Assembly: GCF_009914755.1 (NCBI RefSeq)
Contig: NC_060926.1
DNA: 64,000 nucleotides
Source of the DNA: the human T2T-CHM13v2.0 reference genome, Homo sapiens
Direction: 5' to 3' (one strand)
In this document: piece after piece, positions 33,962-48,270 of the stretch
How the letters are laid out: every line of letters starts with the position of its first letter
How positions within the stretch are numbered: position 1 is the stretch's first letter
Translations under genes and position numbers: made by a program
The notes under the pieces: generated by a model
What the model was told of the DNA's origin: nothing
Databases searched by the model: none
What the model saw: only the letters and a program-made list of their open reading frames with translations

Positions 33962-35274
33962 TACTTATTTATAAGTATTGAGATTACTTATGAGGACTCA
34001 GCCATAAATTATTTGTCAAGTCTGATATCAAGAAGGATATATCCTAGGTTTTCTTCTAGGATTTTTGTATTTTGAGGTCTACCTTGAAGTCTTTAATACA
34101 TCTTCAGTTAATTTTTGTATATGGTGATAGGTAGGAGTCTAGTTTCATTGTTCCACATATGGATAGCCAGTGTCACCAGCACCATTTATTGAATAGGGAG
34201 TCTTTTCCCCATTGATAATTTTTGTTGAGTTTGCTGAAGATCAGACTATAAGTGTTATAATTGCTTGTAGATGTGAGGCTTTATTTCTGAGTTCTCCAAT
34301 GTATTCCATTGGTTTATATATCTATTTTTGTACCAGTACCATGCTATTTTAGTTACTGTAGCCTTGTGGTATAGTTTGAAGTCAGAAATTGTGATGCCTG
34401 TGGATTGTTCTTTTTGCTTAGGATTGCTTTGGCTATCTGGGCTCCTTTTTGGTTCCAAGTAAATTTTAGAATAGTAATTTATAGTTCTGTGAAAAATGAT
34501 ATTTGTACTTTGGTAGGAATAACATTGAATTTGTAGATTGCTTTGGGCAGTATGGTCATTTTAATAATATTGATTTTTCTAATCCATGAACATAGAATGT
34601 TTTTCCACTTATTTGTGTCATTTCTAATTTCTTTCGGCAATCATTTTTGAGTTCTTCTTGCAGAGATCTTTCACCTCCTTGGTTCGATGTATTCCTAGAT
34701 ATTTCACTTTTTTGTTTATGGCCATTGTAAATGGAATTATCTTCTTGATTTTGCTCTCAACTAGAACCTTATTAATGTATATAAATGCTATTGATTTTTG
34801 TATATTGATTTTGTATCCTAAAACTTTATTGAAGTTGCTTATCAGCTCTAAGAGCTGTTTGATGGAGTTTTCAGGACTTTCTAGGTATAGGATTATATTA
34901 TTAGTCAAGAGAGGTAGTTTGACTTCTCCTTGTCTTATTTAAATGTCGTTTATTTCTTTCTCTTGCCTGATTGTTCTGGCTTGGACTTACAGTACTATAT
35001 TGAATAGGAGTGCTAAGAGTGGGAATACTTGTCTTGTTCCAGTTCTCAAGGGGAATGGTTCCTGTTTTTAGCCATTCAGAATAATGTTGGCTGTGGGCTT
35101 GACATACACAGCTCTATTTTGAGGCAAGTTCCTTTGATGCCTAATTTGTTAAGGGCTTTTATTATGAAGGGATGCTGGATTTTGTCAAAAGTTTTTCTGA
35201 TCTATTGAGATGATCATATAGTTTTTGTTTTTAATTCTGTTCATGTGATAAATCACATTTATCAATTTGCTTAT

Positions 35275-38200
35275 TGTATTAGTCTGTTCTCACACTGCTA
35301 ATAAAGACATACCTGAGACTGGGTAATTTATAAAGGACAGAGGTTTAATTGACTCACAGTTCCACATGGATGGGGAGGCCTCACAATCATGGCAGAAGGA
35401 GAATGCAGAGCAAAGTCACATATTACGTGGTGGCAGGCAAGAGAGCATGTGCAGGGAAACTCACCTTTATAAAACCATCAGATCTCATGAGACTTATTCA
35501 CTATCACAAGAAGAGCATGGGAAAGACCCACCACCATGATTCAATTACCTCCCACTGGGTCCCTCTCATTTGGAATGGATGTATTTACCCAATTCTTGTA
35601 TCCCCATTTTATCTAGGAAGTAACTAACTTGCTTTTAATTTTACAGGCTTATAGGCAGAAGGGACTTGCCTTGTGTCGGGTAAGACTTTGGACTGTGGAC
35701 TTTGTCCTCAGTCAACGACAAGGCTGTCCCCAGTTGACAACAAAGGCCACATTGGAATTGCAAGCTTTCATGGGAATTATGGGAGCTAAAATTCAAGATG
35801 AGATTTGGGTAAGAATACAGCCAAACCATATCATTTAGCCCACAGCCCCTTCCAAATTTCATGTCCTCACATTTCAAAACCAATCATGCCTTCCCAACAG
35901 TCTCCCAAAGTGTTAACTCATTTAGCATTAACTCAAAAGTTTACAGTCCAAAGTCTCATCTGAGATAAGGCAAGTCATTTCTGCCTATGAGCCTGTAAAA
36001 TCAGAAGCAAGTTAGTTACTTCCTAGGTACACTGGAGATACAGGCATTGGGTAAATTACACCTGCTCCAAATGAGATAAATTGGCCAAAATGAAGAGTCT
36101 ACAGACCTCATGCAAGTCCGAAATCCAGCGGGGCAGTCAAATCTTAAAGCTCCAAAATGATCTCCTTTGACTCCATGTCTCACATCCAGGGCACACTGAT
36201 GCAAGATGTGGGCTCCCACGACCTTGGGCAACTCTGCCCCTGTGGCTTTGCAGGGTACAGCTCCCTCCTGGCTGCTTTCATTGTCTGGCATTGAGTGTCT
36301 GTGGCTTTTCCAGGCACACAGTTCAAGCTGTCAGTGGATCTACCATTCTGGGGTCTGGAGGACAGTGGCCCTCTTCTCACAGCTCCACTAGGCAGTGCCC
36401 CAGTAGGGAGTCTCTGTGGAGGCTCCCACCCCACATTTCCCTTCCATACTGCCCTAGCAGAGGTTCTCAGTGAGGGCTCTGCTTTTGAAGCACACCTCTG
36501 TCTGGACATCCAGACATTTCCATACATTCTCTGAAATCTAGGCAGAAGTTCCCAAACCTCACTTCTTGACTTCTGTGCACCTGCAGGCTCAACACCACAT
36601 GGAAGCTGCCAAGGCTTGGGGCTTGCATCCTCTGAAGCCATGTCCTGAGTTGTACCTTGGCCTCTTTTAGCCATGGATGGAGTGGCTGGGACACAGGGCA
36701 CCAAGTCCTGAGGCTATACACAGCAGTGGGGCCCAGGAAATCATTCTTTCCTCCTAGACCTCTGGGCCTGTGATGGGAGGGGCTGCCATGAAAGTCTCTG
36801 ATGTGGCCTGGAGACATTTTTCCCATTGTCTTGGCGATTAGCATTTGGCTCCTGTGCAAATTTCTGTAGCAGCCTTGAATTTCTCCCAATAAAATGTTTT
36901 TTTTTTCTAATTTTTATTTTTCTACTGCATTGTCAGGCTGCAAATTTTTCAAATTTTTATGCTCTGCTTCTTCTTGAACACTTTACCTCTTAGAGGTTTC
37001 TTCTGCCAGAAACCCTAAATCATCTCTCTCAAGTTCAAAGTTTCACAGATCTCTAGTGGAGGGGCAAAAGGCCGCCAGTCTCTTTGCATAGCAAGAGTGA
37101 CCTTTACTCCCATTCCCAACAAGTTCCTCATCTTGATCTGAGACCACCTCAGCCTGGACTTTATTGTCCATATCACTATCAGCATTTTGATCAAAGCCAT
37201 TCAACAAGTCTCTAGAAAGTTCCAAACTTTCCCACATTTTTCTATCTTCTTGTGAGCCCTCTAAACTGTTCCAACCTCTGCCTGTTGCCCAATTCCAAAG
37301 TTGTGTCAACATTTTTGGGTATCTTTACAGCAGCATCCCACTCTACTGGTACCAATTTATTGTATTAGTCTGTTCCCACACTGCTAATAAAGATGTATCC
37401 AAGACTGGGTAATTTATAAAGAAAAGAGGTTTAATTGATGCACAGTTCCACATGGCTGAGGAGGCCTCAAAACCATGGTGGAAGGGGAATGAGGAGCAAA
37501 GTCACATCTTACATGGCAGCAGGCAAGAGAGTGTACATGGGAACTCCCCTTTATAAAACCATCAGATCTCATGAGATTTATTCACTATCATGAGAACAGC
37601 ATGGGAAAGATCTGCCCCCATGATTCAATTACTTCTCACCAGATCCCTCTATCGGGGGAAACCAGCCCCCAATATTAAACGTAGTTATTTTCTATTTTCC
37701 CTAAGTGTTGGCCAGTCTGAGAAATAAAGGGAAAGAGTACAAAAGAGAGAAATTTTAAAGCTGGGTGTCCAGGGGAGACATCACATGTCAGCAGGTTCCG
37801 TGATACCCCCCGAGCCACAAAACCAGCAAGTTTTTATTAGCAATTTTCAAAGGGGAGGGAGTGTATGAATAGGATGTGTGTCACAGGGATCACATGCTTC
37901 AAGGGCAACAAAAGATCACAAGGCAGAAGGTCAGGGCAAGATCACAAGGTCAGGGTGAAACTAGAATCACTAATGAACTTCCATGTCCCACTGTGCATGC
38001 ATTGTCATTGATAAACATCTTCACAGGGTTCAAGAGCAGAGAACCAGTCTCACTAGAATTCACCAGCCTGGAATTTCCTAATCCTAGCAAGCCTGGGGGT
38101 GCTGCAGGAGGCCAGGTCGTGTTTCATGCCTTATCTGCAACTGCATAAGGCAGACAGCCCCAGAGTGGCCGTTTTAAAGGCCCCCCCTGGAAATGCACTC

Positions 38201-38716
38201 TTTTCCCAGGGCTGTTAATTATTAATATTCCTTACTGGGGAAAGAATTCAGTGATATTTCTCTTACCCGTTTTCAGTAATAAGAGAAATATGGCTCTGTC
38301 CTGCCCGGCCCACAGGCAGCCAGACTTTAAGGTTATCTCCCTTATTCCCTGAAAATCACTGTCATCCTGTTCTTAAGGTGCCCAGATTTCATATTGTTCA
38401 AACACACATGCTTTATGAACAATTTGTGCAGTTAATGCAATCATCGCAGGGTCCTGAGGCGACAAACATCCTCAGTTTACAAAGATGATGGGATTAAGAG
38501 ATTAAAGTAAAGACAGGCATAGGAAATTATAACAGTATTGATTGGGGAAGTGATAAATGTCCATGAAATCTTCACAATTTATGTTCTTCTGTCACGGCTT
38601 TAGCAGGTCCCTCCGTTCAGGGTCCCTGACTTCCTGCAACACCTTCCATGACATGGGAATAATGGGAACTACAACTCAAGATAAGATTTGGGTGGGGTCA
38701 CTTCCAAACCATATCA
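35275..38716 (-). mobile_element. Full-length THE1C-like MaLR provirus (LTR-int-LTR)
   Basis: LTRs at 35275-35832 and 37361-38716 (split by MER11); internal 35833-37360 with gag-like MLR fragments (WELLPRFQRMYGNVWMSRQ); TSD CTTAT/CATAT. Confidence 0.93.
37650..38641 (-). mobile_element. MER11 solo LTR (HERV-K11/HML-8)
   Basis: tatcgggggaaaccagccccc...ggtccctgacttcctgcaaca; TSD about CCCTC/CCTTC. Confidence 0.9.
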
Positions 38717-41700
38717 CATATGTTGAACCAACCTTGCTTCCTAGGAATAAAGCCTAGTAGATTGTGATAAATTAACTTTTTGATGTTTTACTGGGTATGG
38801 TTTGCTAGCATTTTGTTGAGGGTTTTTGCACCTATATTCATCAGGGAAATTGGCCTGCAGTTTTCTTTTTTCACTGTGTCTCTGCCAGATTTTGGTATCA
38901 GGATGATGCTGGCTTTATGAAATGTTAGGGAGGTGTCTCTCTTCAATTTTTGGAATAGCTCTAGTTGGCTTGGTAGCAGTTCGTCTTTGGATGTCTGGTA
39001 GAATTCAGTTTTGTGTTCATTTAGTCCAGGGCTTTTATTGGTTAGTAGGTTATTACTGATACAATTTTAGAATTCATTATTCATCTATTCAGCTTTTCAC
39101 TTTCTTTCTTGTTCAGTCTTGGGAAGTTGTGTGTCTCTAGGAATTTATCCATTTCTGTAGATTTTCTAATTTGTGGGCATAAAGGTGTTCATAATAGTTT
39201 CTGAGGATCTTTTGTGTTTCTGTGGGATTAGTTGTAACACCATCTTTGTCATTATTGATTGTGCTTATTTGTTTCTTTTTTTCTTAGTTAATTAGGCTAG
39301 TAGTTTGTAAATTTTATTTATTCTTTTGAAAGACCAACTTTTTGTTTCATTTATCTTTTCTATGGATTTTTGAGTCTCAATTTCATTTGATTATTCTCTG
39401 ATTATAGTCATTCCTTTTCTTCTACTAGCTTTGTGGTTTCTTTGCTCTTTCTTTCTATTTCTAGGTGCAATGTTAGATTGTTAATCTGAGATCTTTTAAA
39501 CTGTTTGATGTAGGCATTTAGTGATTTAAAATTCCTCTTAGCATTGTTTAGCCGCATTCCAAAGATTCTGGTATGCTATGTCTCTATTTTCATTAATTTC
39601 AAATAATTTTTTGATTTCTGCCTTTTTTGTTCACCCAAAGGTCATTTAGGAGTAAGTTGCTTAGTTTCCATGCAATTGTGTGGTTTTGAGAGATCTTCTT
39701 TGTGTCAAATTCTATTTTTATGGCACTGTTTTTGGAGAGTCTGCATGATATGATTTCCATTTTTTCAAATTTATTGAGATTTGCTTTACGGCTGAGCATG
39801 TGATCAATCTTAGAATATGTTCTAGGTGTGGATGAGAAGAATGTATATTCTGTGGAGGTTGGGTGAAGATTCTGTCAATGTCTATTAGGTTCAATTTATT
39901 GGGTGTCAAGTTTAAGTCCATAATTTCTTTGTTAATTTCCTATCTTTATAGTCTGTCTAATGCTGTTAGTGAGGTGTCAAAGTCTCCCACTATTATTGTG
40001 TGGCTGTCTAAGTCTTTTCATAGGTCAAGAAAAATGTGTTTAACGAATCTTAGTGCTCTAGCATTGGGTGCATATGTCTTAAGTCGTCTTGTAGAATTGA
40101 ACCCTTTATAATTATGTAATGCCCCTCTTTGTTCTTCTTGATTGTCATTATTTTAAAGTCTGTTTTATCTGCTATAAGAATAATGAACCTGTTTTTTTTT
40201 TTTCCATTTACATGATAGGCCTTTACTTAGAACCTCTGGAGTGTCTTTACATAGAAATGGGTCTCTTGAGGACAACAGACAGTTGGGTATACTTTTTTAT
40301 CCAACTTGCCACTCTATGCCTTTTACATGTTGCATTGAGACTATTTAAATTCAAAGTTAGTATTGATATGTGAGATTTTGATCCTGTCATCATGTTAGCT
40401 GAATGCTTTGTAGACTTGGTTGTGTAGTTGTTTTATAGTATCTGTGAGCTATGTACTTAAGTGTGCTTTTCTGGTAGCAGGTATTGTTCTTTTGTTTATA
40501 TGTTTAGCATTCCCTTAAGAACCTCTTGTAAGACTGGTTTCATTGTAATGAATTCCCTATGTTTGTTTGTCTAAAAAGAATTTTATTTCTCCTTCAGTTA
40601 TAAAGCTTAGTTTGGTGGGTTACAAAATTCTTGCTTGGAATTTCTTTTCTTTAAGGATGCTGAATATACGTCCCTAATCTCTTTTGGCTTCTAAGGTTTC
40701 TGCTGAGAGGTCCATTGCTAGCCTGGTGAGGATCCATTTGTACATAACCAGACCCTTCTCTCTAGCTTTCTTTAAGATTTTTTCTTTTGCATGTACTTTG
40801 GTGAATTTGTTAACTATGTGCCTTGGTGATGGTCCTCTTGTATAGTATTTCACAGGGGTTCTCTGTATTTATTGAATTTGCATGCCAACCTCTCTAGTGA
40901 GATTGGAGAAATTTTTGTGGACTATATCTTTAAGTATGTTGTCTATGCTATTTACTCTCTCTTTCACCCTCTGCAATGCCAGTGAGTTTTCGGTTTGATC
41001 CCTTTACATAATTCCATAATTCTTGGGCATTTTATTCATTTAAAAAAATTCTTCTTTGTTTATTTTCATCTGACTGAGTTGAATTGAAGAACCAGCCTTT
41101 GAGCTCTGAGATTTTTCCCTCAGCTTGGTCACTTCTGCTATGAATGCTTCCAACTGTATTTTGAAATTTTTGTAGGGAATTTTCAATTCCAGAACTTCAG
41201 TTTGAGTTTTTCTAATATTGACTATTTTATCTTTCAACTCTTGGATCATTTGACTGGATTCCTTGCATTTCTGGAATTGGGTTTCAGCTTTTTCTGAATC
41301 TTGATGAACTTCCTTGCCACCCAGATTCTGAATTTTGTGTCTGTCATTTCAATCATTTCAATGTGGCTAAGCAGTATTGTTGGGAAGCTAATGTGCTCAT
41401 TTGAAGGTAAGGAGACCATCTGACTTTTTGAATTGCCAGAGTTCTTGTGCTGATTCTTTCCCATCTGAGAGGGCTGGTGTTCCTTTGCCTTTTTGTATTT
41501 GCTGCCATTTGGATGGGGCTTTTGTTTTTATATTCTTTATCTCCATTGAGAATTTAACTGTGGTATACATTGATTATAGTCAATTGGCTTCGGCTTCGTT
41601 TCTGCTTGCATTCAGTGGGCCAAGGCTCTGTGTGGGATTTTTTGTGACTTGATTCTTGCCCTGGGTTTCACAGGCAATGTATACTAGCAGAATATTTTTG

Positions 41701-43404
41701 ATGTTGTAATTTGGGCTGCTATTCAGTAGATGGCGCTTAAAAGTCATGGCCAGCAGATAGGTGCTTACACAGTCACATGTCTCTTTTTTTTTTTGTTTCA
41801 GTGCCTTTGCAGTAGTTCTCTGTGATGGGTGATGGGAAAGAGATAACCCCATTACCGGGTCAACTCCCAGGCCTTAGGGGATCCCCTCTGATCGCTGGTG
41901 CTGCACCTGCATTTCCTTTGGTGTTTCTGGTTGCAAAGCTTCCTTGGGCAGAGGCTGCAGCTGGCAGACAGGCCACATCATTTGTGGATTGGCTCTGCAA
42001 AGGGAGAGCCCATGAGCCCATGCTTCTCACCCCTCTCAGTGTTCAGAGAGTGGGGTGGGGTGTCTTCCCCTATTCTAGTGCTGGCCACAGATCTCAGCTC
42101 AGCACTGCTGAGTTGTGTACTACAACCTTAGGGTGCTGCAACCAGGCTTCTGACTCTATCCTGAGGCCCCTCAGGGTCAGGAACTGGCTGGGCTGCAGGA
42201 TTTGAAGTGCTCCCATGCTGGTGGGGAAGCATTTAAGTGGAGCCCTGGGCAAAGCACCTAGGCTCAGCAGCAGAGGCTGCACTGTGCACATGCTCCTGTG
42301 GGAGCAGCCAGGCAGGGAACTTGGGAAGGGTGGCAGGCAGGGGGGCCTGCTGAACACATGTGCCCCAGTACTGGGTGGTAAAGATGACCTTGTTCTCTCT
42401 TGGCCCTGGTGGTCAATTTAGAGTTACTTAAAGGAAATGGAGAGACTTGAGGGATGGGCCTCTATGGCTGCGTTCTGCTGCAGCTGCCCTGCTCACAAAA
42501 TTCCCTGGCCTCTGGGCAGGCTGAAGCTCTGTTTCTGCCTACCCTAGGGGGCAGATCCCCCTGCCAATTCAAATGTCTACTGGGGTCCTGGGATCTTTTG
42601 TAGCTAAGATCCCAGAGGCCCGTGGCAAGAGTGGGCTGCCCCACCTGCACTTCACTCACACTTCCCTAGGAGTCGTCCTAAGGTGAGAGCTGGTCTCGGC
42701 TCTCGATTCCTCCTTCTACTGCCTTGGTAACTGCATTGCCTCTATTGACTCTAAGTCTACTTTTTTCATTTTATTTGTTGATATCTTTTACTTATTTTTC
42801 TATTAGTTTTTTAAATTAACAGCTATTTAAAATTAAAGATATTAATCTTCTGTTTATATAAGTTCAAATTACTTTCCTAGTTTGTCACTCTAATTGTGGC
42901 ATTTTTGAGGTATAACCATTTCAAAATGATGTGGTACCTATATTTCTTCTATATAGTTTTTCTGTATATCATTTGTAGAAAGGTTGTCTCTGTCACCAAA
43001 AGTATGATGCTTACCTATATTTTACGAGTAATATTGTTTCTTATTTTATATGCAAGTATTTGATACGTTTGATATTATTTTTATGAATTCATACAGGAAT
43101 ACAGAATTCATTTTTTCAATTTTTGTAGAAATGGCTAGTTATTTCAGAACCACTTAATGATTTATTCTTTTGTATTTATTTTAATATCAACATTGTCTTA
43201 TATTCACATAGATTAAATATATATTAAATGTCTACATGACTTTAAACTATAGTACGTAGTATAGATTTATTCTAACTTACCTCTATAATCTTGTTTTACT
43301 TATCTTTGAAATATATTTTTATATCTAAAAGAGTGTATCTTCCTTCCTTATTCATTGTTAAGAATATTTCTGGCTGTACTTGCATGCTTATCCTTCCAAA
43401 TTAA

Positions 43405-43742
<338 letters not shown>

Positions 43743-44049
43743 AGAAAGTTTTAGAGAAATGTTATGGGTATTGCATTGCATTTACATATTTAGCCTTCCC
43801 ATTTAGTAGAAACTATTGCTTTGGGAAAAGTACATTAATCAGTTATTTTGTACATTATTTCATATCTTGTTTGATGTGAGCCCAATATGAGTTATAACTC
43901 CAATTTCTGAAACTATGCTGAATTAATCAATTTTTCAATCATAGCCAAAGCAGCCAATTAAATTCATTTAGTTTATAGATTAAGAAACTCTAAATGCTAT
44001 TATTAGTAATAATAACCACATAATAAGAAAAACAAAAATGCTATAGTAT

Positions 44050-44300
44050 ATAAAAAGCCATAATTACATGGTGTGTTAAAAACACAAGACTGTAGTGAGA
44101 CTGCTTGAATTCAAGCTTTACTTTGCTTACTAACCCTGCTAAGTTGCTAACAGTCTAGCATTGGGAAAATTACTTACTTCTCTGTGTTTCAGTTAATGCA
44201 TCTGTACGAACAAAAAACAAACAAACAAAAACACACATAACACAACTTCACCTGTTACTATTGAATGGGATTTGAGTTGGTACCTGTTAGTGCTATTTTT
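44050..44300 (+). mobile_element. MIR
   Basis: gactgcttgaattcaag...aaattacttacttctctgtgtttcagtt. Confidence 0.55.
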
Positions 44301-45289
44301 TAACTCTTCTTCTTGATATTACTATTGTTATTAGTTATTGAGCATCTACCAGGCACTTGGCACTATACTCAAGGTATCAAATAATTTATCTTTGACCTTC
44401 ACAAATTCATGTAAGAATCTTAGGAAACAAATTAGATACCTTACTGGATGCTGTGATGTTGAGATTTTTAACACTCACATAAAATCTTAAATTTTCCCAT
44501 GAAAAGTGAAATAAAAGCATTTTGCTTTTAAATGAATTTACCTCAGTTAGGAATCTGGACATGTTTTCCAGCTTTAATAACCTAATTTGGTGAGACAGTA
44601 GAAGTAGACATAACGCGATGTCAGCATACATTAGATGAGCTTATGAAAAATATGTTTAAAAAGGAAAGGAAAACTGATCAATATGCAGTGAAATTCTCTA
44701 GTTTGCTCTGTGGGGCCTGAAATGTTTGTGTTTGGTTGCTACTTTTTTTCTAATATCTGTCATGCATTTCCAGGCATGTAATGGATAGTTATCAGATATG
44801 CATTAACTATTTGACTGATCATGAGAAAAAAATATATTGCAGAAACAATAATACTCAACACCATTAAAACAATAGAGGGTCAGGAGATAGTTTTTAATGA
44901 GCAGCTATTTCTCAGGTAGAATTTGAGATGCCAAGTTTTCAGCTGATTGCTAAGAATCTGACAAAATAAGAAGAGTTCATATAACCTCATGGTTTTAGTT
45001 TAGGATGACTTAATGCCTCCCCTTTATTTCACAATAGGGACGGAATTGTCTGCTGATAGATGGACATTTCCAACTTTTGCCTTTTGAGATTTTTTTGATA
45101 CTCTCTACTCCCTTTTCTAGTTGATACATTATTTCTATAGATAGGTCAAATATTCAGTCAACTATAACAACACTGGAACCATTTTGTCTCTTTAGTTTTA
45201 CTTTTTGCAATTTGTTAGATATCTTCTATGTTAATCTTTTAGTTTATGTTTCAGAAAACATTCTTATTTCCTTCACATCCAGATCTTGC

Positions 45290-45470
45290 CAGCATATTAC
45301 ACTAACTATCTGGTACTAACATGTGGTAACATCGCTAATTTACACCTCAGGAGACTCAGAGTTTAAGTAACTTTTAAGTAACCTGTCCAAAGTTACACAG
45401 CTAGTAAGTATTAAAGATGAGAGCTGGATTCAAAGTCCATGCTGCTTTTGTTAGATTGCACTATCTATAA
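45290..45470 (-). mobile_element. MIR
   Basis: gactcagagtttaagtaac...aagttacacagctagtaagt. Confidence 0.6.
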
Positions 45471-45797
45471 TTATAGTTACCCTAGTTGTGGCTCTTCAAC
45501 ATTAGAAATATGAAAGTCCTGTCTCTATTATTCCCTCTGCCTTTTATATGGCAGTTCCTTATTTCTGCATGCAGAAAATGCAGGAATATTGCCATGGAAA
45601 AGTTATCTAACTATTTATTGACCTGGAAGATTCCCAAAACATCACCACCTTGTTTCCTTTTCCATGGCCTTAGGTTTTCTTCTTAGTGTAAGGCTCTAAG
45701 AAGTAAATTCTGTTAAAGCCTCAGAGTTGATTAGATCCAGGGAGATTGATCAACATTAAACAATCCCACAGAAAACTGATAAATAACAATAAGATGT

Positions 45798-46126
45798 GGC
45801 CGGGAGCAGTGGCTTATGCCTGTAGCCCCAGCACTTTGGGAGGCCGAGGCGGGTGGATCACCTGAGGTGAGGAATTCAAGAGGAGCCTGACCAACATGGT
45901 GAAACCCCGTCTCTACTAAAATATAAAAATTAGCTGGGCATGGTGGCAGGTGCCTGTAATCTCAGCTACTTGGGAGGCTGAGGCAGGAGAATCACTTGAA
46001 CCCAGGAGGCAGAGGTTGCAGTGAGCCTAGATCTCACCATTGCACTCCAGCCTGGGCAACAAGAGCAAAATTCTGTCTTAAAAAAAAACAAAAAACAAAA
46101 ACAGAAAAAACAGAAAAACAAAAAAC
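45798..46126 (+). mobile_element. AluSq/Sx-like with compound A/C tail
   Basis: gggcaacaagagcaaaa diagnostic; flanks aagatgt/aagaggt. Confidence 0.92.
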
Positions 46127-46385
46127 AAGAGGTACCTGGGTTGCCTGTAAGGCACATAGACATTGTCTTCATAAATAAAATGTAGATGGAGGCTTGCTAG
46201 ATGGGTGTGAAATCCTGGCAAGGGGGTATAGCTGATTGATTCAAATCTGTTGATCTCTAGTGTGTGCCTCCTAGACACAGGCTGATCTTAGCCCAAGAGT
46301 CCACATCCTTGGATAGTTTCCATTCTGTTCTGGTTGTCTCATTCTGTGATCTATTGATGACCATTCTGTATCAGATCACCATATT

Positions 46386-46445
46386 ACACACACACACACA
46401 CACACACACATTCACACACACACACACACATTCACACACACACCC
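46386..46445. repeat. Interrupted (CA)n microsatellite
   Basis: direct. Confidence 0.95.
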
Positions 46446-46669
46446 ACCATGACTAGGACATGAGCATGTAGTTAAACTTTTCTCCTTCTATTAAGATTGA
46501 AGAATACCCTGATATTGCTCTCCCTGGCTTAAAGAAATGTTTTCTACTTAAAGCGTGGCTTGCGTTAATATGATGTCCTCTATTTTGCATTGATTTAATA
46601 GTTTTATTCTCAGAGTTTTTATAGTACTTTCTTTTTTCATCTGTAGGCATGCAATATGTGAGTCCAGCA

Positions 46670-46870
46670 ATCGCTCATTCATGTATTTATTTAATGAACA
46701 CTTTTGAACACCTTTCATGCACAAAGCCAAATGTAAATACTATACAATGTCTGTCGTTGAGGAGATTGGTGGTGGAGAAAGGATATTCAAGCAAATAATT
46801 ATGATTAAATTGTAATTAAATAGCTCAATGTGCTATGGACGATATAGCTAATACAGTCTGGGGCTAGAAT
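46670..46870 (-). mobile_element. L2 3' end
   Basis: cattcatgtatttatttaatgaacacttttgaacac... Confidence 0.5.
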
Positions 46871-47331
46871 TGGGGATGCCAATTATTCTATACAACTTAC
46901 ATGTTTAAAGTATATTGATTGTAATTAAAAAGATTGAAGCCAAATGGGTAAGTATACATGTCAAAATAAACATATAAGGTTCAAGAGTGTTCATTAACCT
47001 GAAAATAGTTTATAAAACAAGTAATATAATAGGCAAGGTAAGAAGTCCTCTAGTTCCAAAAAGAAACACCCATTTTGTATATAACTTGGACTTAAGGAAA
47101 AACAACGTTGGAGGATGGGTTTGGAAAAATGGGGTTGATTTTGTTGTCCTCTTGCTATTCTTTGTCACTTGCTGGTAGGATATATTTTGTTATTTCCAAC
47201 GTGGGGCTGCACCATCCATAAATAAATATATTGAGAAAGAAGTCTAGCATCCAGTTGTTGGCCCACAGAAATGTTTTCTCTCCAAAGGTATCCTCAGTAC
47301 AATCTGATCTCAGCCTTTTTGTGCTGATCAT

Positions 47332-47705
47332 TGATATGGTTTGACTTTGTCCCCACCCAAATCTCATCTTGGATTATAGTTCCTATAATCCCCATGTGTC
47401 ACGGGAGGGGCCCAGTGGGAGGTAATTGAATCATGGAGGTAGTTACCCTCATGCTGTTCTGTGATAGTGAGTGAGTTCTCATGAGATCTCATGGTTTTAT
47501 AAGGGGCTTTTCCTCCTTTGCTCAGCACTTCTCTCTTCTGCCGCCATGTGAAGAAGGATGTGTTTGCTGCCCTTTCTGCCATGATTGAAAGTTTCCTGAG
47601 ACCTCCCCAGCCATGCTGAACTGTAAGTCAATTAAACGTCTTTCCTTTATAAATTACCTAGTCTCAGATATGTCTGTATTAGCAGTGTGAGAAAGGACAA
47701 ATACA
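47332..47705 (+). mobile_element. MaLR solo LTR, THE1C/D-like
   Basis: tgatatggtttg...aataca; TSD ATCAT/ATAAT. Confidence 0.9.
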
Positions 47706-48049
47706 ATAATAAAATTTAACATTAAGTGTATCCGTGTTGTGGAACTCCTTATAATGTTCTAGCCTGATTCTACTGTAGGTTATTTTTATAATACTTCTGA
47801 ACTAATGGCTTTTATTATTAATAACATGCTAATATGATAACTTGTCTAAATATATCAATAATCATCACAATATATCTATATTATAGGCATTATTATTATT
47901 ACATAAATTTTACAAAAGAGGAAACAAATTCAGAAAGGTAACTAGCCCAAAATTACACTTAGAAAATGGCAATGCTGGGATCCAAGCTCATATGTATCTC
48001 ATTATAAAGCCTTGAGCTTTTCAGTATAGAAAAATACCACTCATTAGTA

Positions 48050-48270
48050 GAGTCAGGGTGGTATAGTGGAAACAGCATGGGCCACAGAATCAGACAGTTC
48101 TTTTGGTCTAATTCCCAATTCCGCCACTTAACTGGTCGTGTAACCTTGGCCACTTGACTTGGAATCTCTAAGGCATATCTCCCTCATCCTTAAAATAAAA
48201 ATGCCTATGGAGAAAATTAATTATGGATATATAATTTCTGACACATAGGGAGTGCTCAATAAACTTTAGG
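48050..48270 (+). mobile_element. MIR (a minus-strand MIR lies just upstream at about 47820-48040)
   Basis: ggtatagtggaaacagcatggg...ccacttaactggtcgtgtaaccttgg...gtgctcaataaa. Confidence 0.7.

Larger units (their letters stand above)
33355..42720 (-). mobile_element. Near full-length, decayed L1PA15/16-like element interrupted by a THE1C provirus
   Basis: 3' end ggtttgttacaaaggtatatt...gctgaggtttgg; ORF2 RT and EN fragments; ORF1 start MGKNQHKNSGNSKSQ at 41464; GC-richer 5'UTR to about 42.7 kb. Confidence 0.88.

Noticed and set aside
36016-37312. THE1-int ORFs up to 174 aa as a functional gene
   Set aside because: Fragmented across frames; typical decayed MaLR internal ORF
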